A stretch of 64,000 bases of DNA, from NCBI GenBank assembly GCA_050575255.1, contig JBNZDD010013726.1, forward strand, positions 8,498,302 to 8,562,301, read 5' to 3'. How positions within the stretch are numbered: position 1 is the stretch's first letter; every line of letters begins with the position of its first letter. Shown here in pieces: positions 1 to 10,875 of the stretch. This DNA comes from Harriotta raleighana. Lineage: Eukaryota. The notes beneath the pieces are model-generated. The model saw nothing but the letters and a program-made list of their open reading frames with translations, searched no databases and was not told where the DNA came from. A program made the position numbers and the translations under genes.

Positions 1-617
1 ATTTGTGATTCGAAATCAGATAAAATGTGGCAGTATGTAGTATATAACATGAAAATACCTAGCTAGCCTAACACAGACATACAATAAAAATCTTAAAGGT
101 AAAGAAAATATCAATAAAACCATCACTAAAAGTGAAATTTCACTACCTATACAATCCAATGTACAAAAAACTCTCTAGTACAGTATAGATATACAATTTC
201 AGCATTGCACTTCATGAGTTTTACATAAGGAAACAGTTTCTTACATTGAATAGGGACACTGTATCAGTTAAAATTATAAATGTGAGATATTTAAAATGTG
301 TAGTATATTCTACTCTTAGCGTTTGGCAACAAAACTGTGACACGTTTTAAAATTGTCCCACATTTAATTCAAGTGTCACAGGAACATATGAAATGGTGAG
401 GTATAGATGGCTGTCTTGTATAGACTTCAGACATCAAAGCAGAATGGACGATGAGCAGTCTGAAATGCGGCCTAAGAAATACAGTATCAACACTAGTTGA
501 ATTACAAGAATATTTGCAAGTTCTCCTGCCCTGCTCCCGCACCTCTCTTTCGCTTGCTGCAAATGGACTAGAGGGCAGGTTCTCGAAAGATCTTCTCATT
601 TCTTTGACATCTTTTGC
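1..617 (-). other. INPP5A: Terminal exon / 3' UTR of the INPP5A-family gene; its 3' end is not defined and may lie outside the window
   Basis: T-rich tract and CAG acceptor at 618-640; AU-rich downstream sequence; ATTAAA variant signal at 368-363. Confidence 0.75.
568..617 (-). CDS. INPP5A: Alternative C-terminal coding segment in the terminal exon, (G)KRCQRNEKIFREPAL*, used if the internal donor at 808 is chosen
   Basis: Acceptor tgtggcattcacag|GC at 618/617. The phase-1 junction with CAG|gtaaac (exon end 809) restores a GGC codon, and TAG lies at 570-568. Resembles a GKRCQR- tail I recall for a mouse Inpp5a isoform (unverified). Confidence 0.65.
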
Positions 618-764
618 CTGTGAATGCCACACAAAAAAAATTCAACACCGCAAGTTAGGTAATAAAGCTGACAGAAATATAAGAGAGTTAACATGTCAAT
701 TGAATACTGAAAAGAACATGGATGAATAGTAAAAGAAAAGAAAACATTAATATTTACCACCACA

Positions 765-845
765 TCACTGCACCACACAACAGTTGCGCATATTTGCATT
801 AGGTTTACCTGCCCCAGCAGCTATTCGAAAGAACAGGAAGACAGG
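765..845 (-). CDS. INPP5A: INPP5A-family last coding exon of the CAAX isoform (exon 15 equivalent), PVFLFFRIAAGAGKPNANMRNCCVVQ*; the exon extends to 758
   Basis: Acceptor ttttgtgcag|CCT; TGA at 767-765; donor GTG|gtaaat with the intron starting at 757; CVVQ farnesylation box as in human INPP5A. Confidence 0.96.
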   Translation of the reverse strand, partial: PVFLFFRIAAGAGKPNANMRNCCVVQ

Positions 846-2291
846 CTGCACAAAAATAAAACACATTGCTGGGTCAGTGATAACTATTAAAATGCAAGAT
901 CTATTCTACAAAGTAATTTCACATGCATCTTTTACTGACACTACTTCCTAAACAATTCAAACAAACCTGCATGATGGGTTAAAATGCTAGTCATTTCAAA
1001 ACAGTTGTAAGGAGAAGTTGTTCTTACATGAACATTTTGCTTTTGTTGTTCATCATATCTTGCTAATGGGACAATAGAAGTTCTGTCCACCAACTAAATG
1101 TCACAGATTTATAACTTCCAAAACAGTATTGAACAAGTATGTACTTTAGTCACATCAATTTGTTAGAAATTATATATTTATTGATATTTAGAGTTGTAAA
1201 TCTGTTAGCACAACCCTTAAAGATGTCTTTTTTCTCTCACTTTTTCCTATTTTCCCCCCTTGTGGCTGCTCAGTACCAATGCATTAGTTCTACACAGGAA
1301 AGCAAAATTGTATGGCTGAAGACTTTGCTATGTAAACCACCAATTACCATGTGGGCAGATAACACTGATCAATAATTGAGCTATAGTTTCTCTAATCTTT
1401 CAAATGTAACAGCTCAGTTTCATCCGGTAGTTTGAGTCAGTTGGGACATATTTATAAAATTTATATAAATACTAAACAAAAGATGCAGAGTTGGATGTTA
1501 CCATTTCACTTTAACACGACACATAAAGATCAATTTAAGCAAAATGCTTTACAACAATAACAACAACATTGTATTTATAGAGCGCCTTTACTATAAATAT
1601 CTCAAAGATTCCAAGACAGTTGGAAATTTATTCAATTTACATGTCATTTTTATATTCCTTTGTATGAGCAAAGATATGTAATCTAATCGTGACACTCTGT
1701 AATTCAGATGGCTGTCTTTCAACCAAATGTAGAGGAAAAATTACTAAAAGACTGCATTAAAATGTATCCGTATCTCGCTATTGTCTTTGTTTAAAAGACG
1801 TGGGGCCAAGACTTATTCAATATTCCAACTTGTCTTATTTTTATGTGAACTCAATAAACCTATCTGTAAAATGTATCCAAAATATACTTATACCTCATTT
1901 ATTTTTTTGTCACCAATTACTCAAACAACTGCTGTGGGGATTATTGTTGCTTCTTACATTCCCCTGATGGTTCACTGTTAAACCCGTGTCGACAGTATAC
2001 CCCCCACTCTAAGGAAAGCAGTACCCTATTGAAGGGCCCAACTGGTGGGTTTCCATGCACTGCGTTCCTTCCAAACAGTCATTTCAATTTAGCTCTACAG
2101 TTATTCAGTGAAAATCATCTAAATAAACAACACATTGAATTCTTTAGGTGTATATCGTTTGGTGAACAAATCATGGATGAAACCAAAATAGTTTATGCCA
2201 CATGCCATACAGTAATGTTACCAGTAAAAAGAGACAATAGCATTCAATGCATTCAAAAAACTGTTGAATTTAACAACAAAGTACTCTTTAC

Positions 2292-2360
2292 CTTGTGGTC
2301 CCCCATGCAAACATTTGGCCCCATGTTGTCATAGATAACTGACTTCTCATCATTTTCTGC
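2292..2360 (-). CDS. INPP5A: INPP5A-family coding exon (exon 14 equivalent), AENDEKSVIYDNMGPNVCMGDHK
   Basis: Acceptor tgttttacag|GCA and donor AAG|gtaaag; 69 nt; GPNVCMGDHK is diagnostic of INPP5A. Confidence 0.97.
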
Positions 2361-2689
2361 CTGTAAAACAGAGATCACTTTCTTTACAGACAGAGTGGCT
2401 ATTCACATAAGGATCCCTTCACAATTGCTCAGCTGCAAAGACAAATATTTAGAGCCAGTGAGAAAGCAATCTACAAGAGTTTCAACAAACAAGAGGAGAT
2501 GGAAGGCCAACCTTTATGTGGGTCTCTGCAGAATGCCACAAACTACATACAATTTGCTGCAGCTTTTGTACACTTGGGATAATGCACTATGTGGAAATAA
2601 AATGCCCTTATCCCTAAACTGAGGTAAGCTTCAGAGCATCAATTATACAAAGGGATACATAGTTCACAAAAAAAACTTTAGGATTAATA

Positions 2690-3066
2690 ATATTAATAAT
2701 ACCAATAATCCTTACATTTGATATAGTACCTAACCACATTTTCTAGACGGATCAAAGCACTTTGCACAGTAAAGTGAAATGATTGCATATTTTTGGGGTG
2801 AAATGTGCTCCCAATTGTGCACAGTAGTGTCCCACCAAACAGTTGTGGATTGAATGAGCAAATTATTATTTATTTATATTTATTTTGTGAAGGGATTATC
2901 ACCCCTGGAAAAGTGATCTGCCAATTGACTAACAAACAGGTTTCTACTTACTGAGAGGTAAACAGATGTGTAGACTAAGGAACCTTGCCTAACATTTCGC
3001 CTTGTGCAGGAATCCTCTCACTTGAGAGACAAGAGTGTTAACTAAAGTACTACATTACAAGACTCC
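2690..3066 (-). mobile_element. tRNA-derived SINE, degenerate near-full-length copy
   Basis: Reverse complement of the family at 39142-39460: (TAA)n tail with ccttacatttgatatag, core aattgtgcacagtagtgtcccac, head remnant ctacattacaagactcc. Confidence 0.7.
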
Positions 3067-3539
3067 CTGTAATGATTTCCTTGCTCTAACTTCTGCAGTG
3101 TCTTATTCATTGCTTATTCAATCTCTACAAAATACACAGTCACTACACTTTACAACAAAATTCCAGATTTGAAAAGAGTTGTTTAAATTAATTGTTGTAC
3201 CATATTAAAAGTTGGGATTCTATTTGCAGCATATAATTGTTTTAAATTCTACTACTTTCTATTAATCAAAGTGATCTAGGTTTAATTAAAAATTAAATTA
3301 TTTTACGTATTAGCAAAGATAATCATTTGATTTGGTATTGCACCTTTCACATCGGGAAGACGTGTCAAAGAGAAGGATTTACTGTAAAGTGAAGCGAATG
3401 TGCATCGATAGGTAAATGCGGCAGTCAATTTGCGCACAGCAAAATTTCACAATTTTGAAGAAAGGGACCAATTTTATCGCATAGATTTCTGACCAGGACT
3501 CCAGTCAAAACTTGCTTCTGTATTAAAATAGGCTTACGG

Positions 3540-3697
3540 CTGAATAGGCAAACAGGACCTTGAGTTAAGCATCTCATCCAACGGACATGATCTCTGACAA
3601 TGTAGCACTCCCCCAGCATTGCACCAGAATGTTAAAATCCAAATCCACAACCTTCTGACTGAGAGGTGAGCGTGCTACCAACAAAGCCAGGTTGAAA
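3540..3697 (-). mobile_element. Deu-domain SINE 5' half (SacSINE1/AmnSINE1-like)
   Basis: cacaaccttctgactgagaggtgagcgtgctaccaac is a reverse tRNA-like head; catctcatccaacggac and tgacaatgtagcactccc match the Deu core seen at 36075-36490. Confidence 0.75.
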
Positions 3698-4724
3698 TCT
3701 TGTAGTGGTCCTTGTTGTATTAAAATGAGTGGATCTAACTAATCAATATTTACTCCTCTTTCCCTCCTCATAGAACGTTCGCATTCACCTGAATACTAAA
3801 AATATAAATAGAATGAATAAACTATTCCTCCTACAAACATTGGAAAAAATAAAATCCTATCAATAATATCAAAATCTCTGGAAATAAATAATTATTACTC
3901 TATTAATGTACATCAACAGTGGAAAACCGATATCACTAGTGTGCATCAATATTCAAGCATAATATTTTTGAAGTAAATTCAGCACAGGCTTTTTAAAAAT
4001 ATATTTTACTCTTACTAATATTCCTGTCAATATTTGCCCTCAGCAGTAGTGGTTTTGCTCCAATAATGTGACAGTTTTCCCCCCTATTCTAGCCGTCAAA
4101 TGGGAGGAACTTTCGAGGGAATGTGTGCTATACCATCAACGCCATATTGTCTCATAAACTGAACTGAAGAACAGAAAGGTTAGTCTTTAAAAATTCATGT
4201 AATGTTCCTAAAAATACCACAAACTTTTAGAAGTCAACATTATAACATGATGATATTAGTTCTACTTGTACTCCATCCAATTTATGAAATTCACACCCTG
4301 ATATTTAAGACAGAAACACCCAGCATGCTTATCTTTGAAAATGAACAGCTTCAACAGAAGGCGAAAATGCCCAGACTGAAAGTTAGGTCTTGAAGCAAAT
4401 TTTGAAAGTAGGGGTGGGGATATGATGGAAGATTGTCTGAAGATTGGCATCCACAATGGGACACCAGAACTGGGGGATGGTGGGGGGGGTGTCTGGGCGG
4501 TGGATGGCAAGAAGAAGACCAGTGTTTGAAACAAGTAAACAAGATATTGTGACATTTGACAATATTTGAACTGTGTAAATATTGAAGAAAGCAAAAATAT
4601 GCATATATGGAACACCCAACTGAAACCTCTAGAACAACAACAACTTGCACTTTTATAGCGCCCTCCAAGCCAACTAATAACTAAGCTTGAGGTGTTTCCA
4701 AAAAGGCCAAAAGCTTTTAAATGT

Positions 4725-4925
4725 TGGGATTTTTTTTACTACAACAGAGCAAGTTAAAGGGGATCAGATGGAGCTTTTCAAAATTCGGAATGGTATTGAT
4801 AGGGGAAATCAAGAGTCAAATTTTTCTGATCAGTATCAATTCATAAGGGAGCATCAGTTAAAGATTATCAGGAGAAGAAAAAGAGGGATAGTTAAGAGTG
4901 TAGTTCTACATAGAATGTTGTTAAA
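4725..4925 (+). mobile_element. CR1 LINE ORF2 C-terminal fragment, degenerate
   Basis: Translation KGDQMELFKIRNGIDRG...REHQLKII resembles the CR1 motif RGDLIEVFKIMxGxDxV...RGHxLKI. Confidence 0.65.
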
Positions 4926-4928
4926 CTT

Positions 4929-5115
4929 GTGTGTCAGCCTGACGCAGTGGAAGCACACACGACTCTAAGTCAGAAAGTTGTGAGTTCAAGCCCCACATCG
5001 GGTCTTGGAATTACATCATCTAAACTACACTCCATTGCACTGCTGAAGATGTGTTGCATTGTTGGAGTTGCTGGATGAGACATTAAACCAAAGCCCCCAG
5101 TGTCCTGGCCAACAA
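4929..5115 (+). mobile_element. Deu-domain SINE 5' half
   Basis: gtcagcctgacgcagtggaagcacac...agtcagaaagttgtgagttcaagccccac (A/B-box-like head) followed by ggatgagacattaaaccaaagccccc. Confidence 0.75.
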
Positions 5116-5127
5116 ATCCCCTAAATA

Positions 5128-5335
5128 AAATAATAATAATAATCCATGCATTTAATGTAGTGCTTTTCACATCTTCTAGACATCTCAAAGCACTTCACAG
5201 AATATATTGTAAAGTTAATTGACTGTATATTTGTGGGTGAAACGTAGCAGCCAATTGAGCATAGCAGCATCCCACAAACAGTTATGGATTAAAATAACCA
5301 AGTTATCATAGATTTTTTTGAGGGATTATTAGAAT
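5128..5335 (-). mobile_element. tRNA-derived SINE 3' half
   Basis: (TAA)n tail, ttttcacatcttctagacatctcaaagcacttcacagaata and gcagccaattgagcatagcagcatcccacaaac are the reverse of the 39142 family. Confidence 0.8.
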
Positions 5336-5589
5336 AGTTTGGGAATGGAGCCTTACAACTGATGATGTACATTTGTCCTTCTTAAATATGTGAAACTTGA
5401 ATTGAATGCATTGAATTACATGCACAATTTCTCAGTTTACTTTATCAGTGGATTGATCTAGTATTATTTGAATTTCTGATACAGCTTCGTTCCTGGTATG
5501 CGTACTGAGCTTAGGTATCTTGTTCTGAATAGATTGAAGTGGGTGATGTCAGAGGCTTCAAATAACCAGACACTTGGAAATGGAAATTG

Positions 5590-5740
5590 GTCACTCACTC
5601 CATGGCTTATTTTTAGGACATTGCTGTGTACCAACTGGCTACCACGTTTCACCACAAAAATACATAGTCAACGCACTTTACGGTATATCCTGTGAAGTGT
5701 GTGATAAGGCGCTATATCAAATGCAACGATTGTTATTCTG
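5590..5740 (+). mobile_element. SINE 3' half
   Basis: ggacattgctgtgtaccaactggctaccacgtttc...tgtgataaggcgctatatcaaatgcaacgattgttatt. Confidence 0.75.
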
Positions 5741-6050
5741 ACTATTAATACTTCACCCCCAAATTGATGTCAAAGCTGAGTCCGCAACATAACTCAAAAG
5801 GGAATTGGATAAATACTGCAGAAAAAAATAGCATTGAAAGATGCGGACAAAGAGCAGGGAATTGACATAGCTTTAATAGGCAGATAACACCAGCAGAGAC
5901 ACAATGAGCTCAATGGCTCCCTTCTGTGCTGTAAACATTCTATGATACTATTCTGGATGTTCAAATTTGGATCCAGGACCATTGTGCAGCTGTGATTTAT
6001 TGTTTGTTCTCATGGTCTATAACCCACAGCCTTCAGATCAGATCCAGCTG

Positions 6051-6128
6051 CCCACCCCCCCCACCCCCCCCCCCCCCCCNNNNNNNNNNNNNNNNNNNNN
6101 NNNNNNNNNNNNNNNNNNNNNNNNNNNN

Positions 6129-6160
<32 letters not shown>

Positions 6161-6178
6161 CCCCCCTTTTTTTTTTTT
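6051..6178. other. Poly-C tract flanking an assembly gap (N run)
   Basis: Directly visible; it generates the poly-Pro and poly-Gly ORFs in the track. Confidence 0.95.
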
Positions 6179-7379
6179 ACAATACTTGTCTTTATCACAT
6201 TCACCTTAAGAATAATTGTTTTTAACACTCATCTAAATTGTGCAGAAATCCGAACCAACAATAACGTCTGATAATCAACTTTGATTTGACTCTGTTGTAA
6301 AAAACAAATTTGTGGGCATTCTGTGTCTAAACCAAGCTGAGCACAAAGCAACAATGTCTGGCTGCAATTATAGGGGAGAGTTTCCTACTCTTGACTCATC
6401 CCACTGGGAAACACAGAAAATATCGAGATAAACAGTACGGGGTATGGAGGAGAGAATTCGACTGGAGAAACTGCTTTAAAATGATCCAACGTTGTAAAAA
6501 CATTTGTCAAAAACACTCTATTTCATGCTTGTGATGTACAGTTAATGGGACACTTTAGAAAATTACACAAAGGCACCCATAAAACACCAGAAATCAACAA
6601 CCTTCTAATTATCTTTAAATGCAATGAGCTGCTTTAAGGTCAGACAGATTATTTTAAAGCACTGTTGCCTACAATCAAAAATGTAACCTTTTATATTTAT
6701 GCATGGACACTCTCCAATATTCCAAGATCATCATGCAGTCATACCCGGAAGTTCAAGTGCATTCATCAAATTCAAAATGATAATTTTCAAAAGCAGCATA
6801 AAATTGTAGATTTTCAGATACATAATCTTGAGACAGATAAACAAATTACAGCAGCACACAAGCAGAAACAAAAGTACACTTCACTGAGCATTCATTATCA
6901 CATGCTATCAAGCAGATATGCAGCTCCATAACAGTGGCCAACCTTTGGTATGTTAGGGCTCAGGAAGCATAAAATAACATGATGGTGAGGTAACGGACCA
7001 TGGCATGATAGATGATGTTGCATAGTAGCTGTTTACAGCTCCATGTCTGTACAATCTGTAACGGCTGGTGCATTGTGTTCAACATGCCGTTTGCTAATGT
7101 GAAACGATTCACACATTAGCTAGGCCTCTATCTATCTCTCCCAGTGCACACACTGAATTGCAGTGAGCTCTCTATCTAGCTCGTGTTAAGTAGCCAGGCA
7201 ATCACCGCAGGCAATAAAAATTAATGTGAAAAAATAATAAAAACAAATTACAATTCAAAGAGTGTTTTATGGTTTGTCTTTTCTCTGCCATGTTTTTCCA
7301 CCAGGACAGTGCACTATGCAAGGTCAGGATTGTAAGAGATGACTGCAGGACCAATTCAACACTGATAAGTTTGACTGTA

Positions 7380-7490
7380 TATTTCTCCCACAAAGGATAC
7401 AGTCAATTCACTGTCGAGTATATCCTGTGAAGTGCTTTGAGACATCTCGAAGATGTGATAAGATATCAAATGCAAGGATTGTCATATTAG
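7380..7490 (+). mobile_element. SINE 3' tail fragment
   Basis: cagtcaattcac...gtgaagtgctttgagacatctcgaagatgtgataagatatcaaatgcaaggatt. Confidence 0.7.
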
Positions 7491-8532
7491 AAGGAAAAGG
7501 CAGAACAAGTTAAAGGCAACAAAGTTCGACCAGCTAAACAAAAAGAGAAAAGTAGAAATAAATTAGCTGAGCTATACAAAAGCAGATTGGTGGTGGTCTC
7601 ACATTTGTCATTTTTATGGAAATTAAATTATCAGCCTGACATCTACATCATTTCTCAATGCATTGCTTGTTTGAACACAATGAAATACAATTCAGACAAT
7701 CCAAACTTTCAAACGCTAATACGGTTTGGAAGACAAATTGGTGCAAATTCTTCAGAGTACACTAGCACTTTACCAAATCCAAATATATTACAAGGTTGAA
7801 AGATTCCACTTTAAAGACTGATAAAAATGCATGGACTGAGTTCAATTGTACTTCTCAGCATTCAACATTCGAAATCTGCCCCGTGCTATTTTACAGTCAA
7901 CAAAAGAAGTTTTTTTTTTTAAAACCTTGACAGAAACCATAACTCAATGAGTTAATTGAGAATTCAGTCTGGCATTAAGTATTCTTGTCCATTTAATGTT
8001 CCCAGAAAAAAAAAACTGAGGGGGCACTGAATGGATGTCAGTGCGTCACTGAATCCATGACAATGCACTAGGGCTGCTCTGGAGTGATGAAAGCTTATGA
8101 CAGGTCAGGAAAGTCTTTCTCGCTGAGTGAAGGAAAATCGGCAGCACAACGTCAATGTCAATATTTTTTCCAAAAAAAAAAACCAGAGAGGACGCAAAAA
8201 CAATGTGATTGATGTCTCTGCATGCATTTACAATTGGAAATATAGAATTGCTCTGAAGATTTACCTAAAGTTAACAAACTGGCATAGGCCGTAGCCATTT
8301 CTTATTAGAAGATTTATTGTCAAATTCTAATGCTGCAGTTGTGGGTGGAACAGCTGCTCATGTTACTTGGCAATGGAGGCACTGATTAAGTTAATGCACA
8401 TGTATGCTTTGGTGACCCGACTGTGTGACAGATAGATGGTGCTGTTTTAGTAAAAGCGGATCCGTGACGAAGAATTATGATTGAGATTGCCTGATGAAGG
8501 AAGTGAGGATATGGAAATTCTGAAGGGGTAAT

Positions 8533-8550
8533 AGAGAGAGAGAGAGAGAG
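8533..8550 (+). repeat. (AG)n microsatellite
   Basis: agagagagagagagagag. Confidence 0.9.
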
Positions 8551-9609
8551 GACTGGATCAGATATACCATGTTTGTATTGCACACACTGCTTTTTTAGTG
8601 GGGGCATTAAAATGTAAATGAGGCAAGGATATTGCCTCCGGATACACTGACTATTGTGTGCAACGGTGGCATGTGTTTCTGCTTCTGGAGCTAGGAGTGC
8701 GAGAGACAGAAAGGGAAACCCGGCTTCCCACTATGGTATTGGTTGCCATTACTTTCTGGCCATTGATGGGCTAAAACGTGTGCAGACCAGTGGCATGTTT
8801 CCATATCGCTGGGCATCAAGGACACAGTGAAGAGGGTGTATCATCAGAAAATAAAATTGTAATATGTCATTCTAGGAATATCGGACAACATCCAAGTTTT
8901 TTTGGGGGGACTCAACTCTGCACGATGGCCGCCACACAAATGCAAGTTGTTGTTGTTGTTGTCATGTGGTCGATTATGTCTACAGTGCAGATTATGTGAT
9001 CTTTAGCACAATCGGTGGGCTTCTTAAACATCTCATAATAAACCCAGCAAGATGGATTCCATGCTGTGGATTAGAACAGGTCACAATGTTATTTTCTGTT
9101 GACAACTGTTTTGAATCAAGCCAAATAAAATCACCCTAAAAGTCCTAAAAGACCACAAGTGTTAGAATTGAATTAGAACTGAGATTAAAACAATTGGTCC
9201 TAGTTTTTTAAAAAAAATCCAAATACTATAGACTTATTTGATCTATTGATATTTCCTATTGTGATTAATCTGCTCAGTTTTTCATGCTTATGTATTCATG
9301 AGAAAACCACCAACAAAGAGGAAGGAAACGGTTGCAGTCTGTGAATAAGAATAGGTCTGTTATTTTCCTCATTCCATCCCCAGGAGCGCTGAGCTCAAAT
9401 TTTAAACTTACTCTGCAGGGAATCATTGAGGAGAACATTGACATGATCCATGGTGCAGTACATTAGCGTCCAAATGCACACGACCTCTGACCTTTTTGTG
9501 AATGGATGTCTAATACAAATCAATATTGAAAGTTTTAATAAACAGTATTGAAGTTGAATTCCAAGGCCACATGTCCCCTCATACTTCGGACAAAGCCTAC
9601 AGAGGTCTT

Positions 9610-9960
9610 AGGGCAGAAACATAGTAGTTAAAAGGCTTGGGAAAGATCATCTTGATTCATGTAGCCAGTCCCAGTATAAATAATAAAAGATGACTAGGGT
9701 TCATACATCTCATTTGTTTTTTTTCAATCAAAATTAATCAAATTATGTGTTATGCATCATTTCCCACCCCGTAAAGCTGTGATGAATGCCTCTTGGAATT
9801 GTACATTTCTCCAGGTGTTTCAATATTCCATCATTTTGGATGCTTCCCTACAACAGATGTCAGACTTATGAGCTCGTAGTTTCCCGTGTTACTTATTTGT
9901 CTTTTTTCCAATATCAGTGGTTCAAGCTTTTATTTTCATTCAAGTTAATGTGGTTATGCA
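9610..9960 (-). mobile_element. Probable CR1 LINE 3' region, old
   Basis: Loose resemblance to a reversed CR1 3' end (catagtagttaaaaggcttgggaaagatcat...); heavily degenerate. Confidence 0.35.
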
Positions 9961-10245
9961 GTCAAAACTCCATACCTCGAGTGCTTCAGTCTGGCAGCAA
10001 ACATTGAAAATGGTGATGTACTGGGACAAGTTAGGTGAACGATGGGAATTAAGGGAGAAATGTGAAAATGAACTAAAAAAGAATGCAGTCTGAACTGATC
10101 GTTGAGAAAAGAAAGTAACACATGGAGTTGGTCAGTGATGAAAAATGAGCACTTTGAGTCAGTAGGCAAATGTAAAGCCACGGTTTGATCCTTTGTCCAT
10201 ATATCTCACCGTTTGTTTTGTTGCTGTACAGAGTTGGCAAAGGTA

Positions 10246-10330
10246 CAGTGAGAGCCTCGATTATATGCTATAATGGAGGGTCTCCATCCCACATGTAATT
10301 GCAGCCAGAGTATAATCGAGAGTCTAAAAA
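10246..10330. mobile_element. Tigger/pogo-like DNA transposon terminal fragment
   Basis: TA followed by CAGTGAGAGCCTCGATTATA, with an internal inverted echo TATAATCGAGAG near 10311-10322; similar to the end at 43756. Confidence 0.45.
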
Positions 10331-10763
10331 TGGATTAAATCCAACTTCAACGAATAATACATCTTTGTCTCTTCTCCCAGTGGCAAAGATTTCTTTGGTT
10401 GCAATGAGACACAATCTTTTCCTCATTCAATCTTTTTTTTCTAGGTGTAATTTGTTTTAGTTTTCATTTTGACCAAATATGACCCAAATTGCTGAATTGA
10501 GAACGATGACGATTAAATCCAGCAGGTTAAGTGCAGGATTAGATGGGTTTCTGAATTCATGCCACTCTCTCTAGCAGAACAATGCAGTGATTAAAACTCC
10601 ACTGTCATCAACAAACCTACATGCATCGCATTCACCTACAAAATTCCCATCCTAACACTTTGCAATACGGAGATCTTTGAGAAGACATGAAAGGGGCTTT
10701 GTCAAACGATAATTTTATTTATATAGCATGGAATAAATAAACTGAGGGAGGTTACACACTCAC

Positions 10764-10875
10764 CTTGTGAATAAGATCCTTTGCAGAGTATGACAAAAGA
10801 ATGCGATCGCACCAAGAAGGACACCTTGTATTCATATACTGCTTTCCCTGACTAGAGTCCTCGCTGTATGGGTAA
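10764..10875 (-). CDS. INPP5A: INPP5A-family coding exon (exon 13 equivalent), (S)YPYSEDSSQGKQYMNTRCPSWCDRILLSYSAKDLIHK
   Basis: Acceptor tttatttcag|TTA and donor AAG|gtgagt; 112 nt; carries the catalytic P(S/A)WCDRIL motif. Confidence 0.97.

Noticed and set aside
369-632. 87-aa ORF in the terminal exon as the protein C-terminus
   Set aside because: Its frame does not match the phase-1 internal donor, and the CAAX isoform stops earlier.
5967-6228. Poly-Pro and poly-Gly ORFs
   Set aside because: They are translations of a poly-C tract and N gap.
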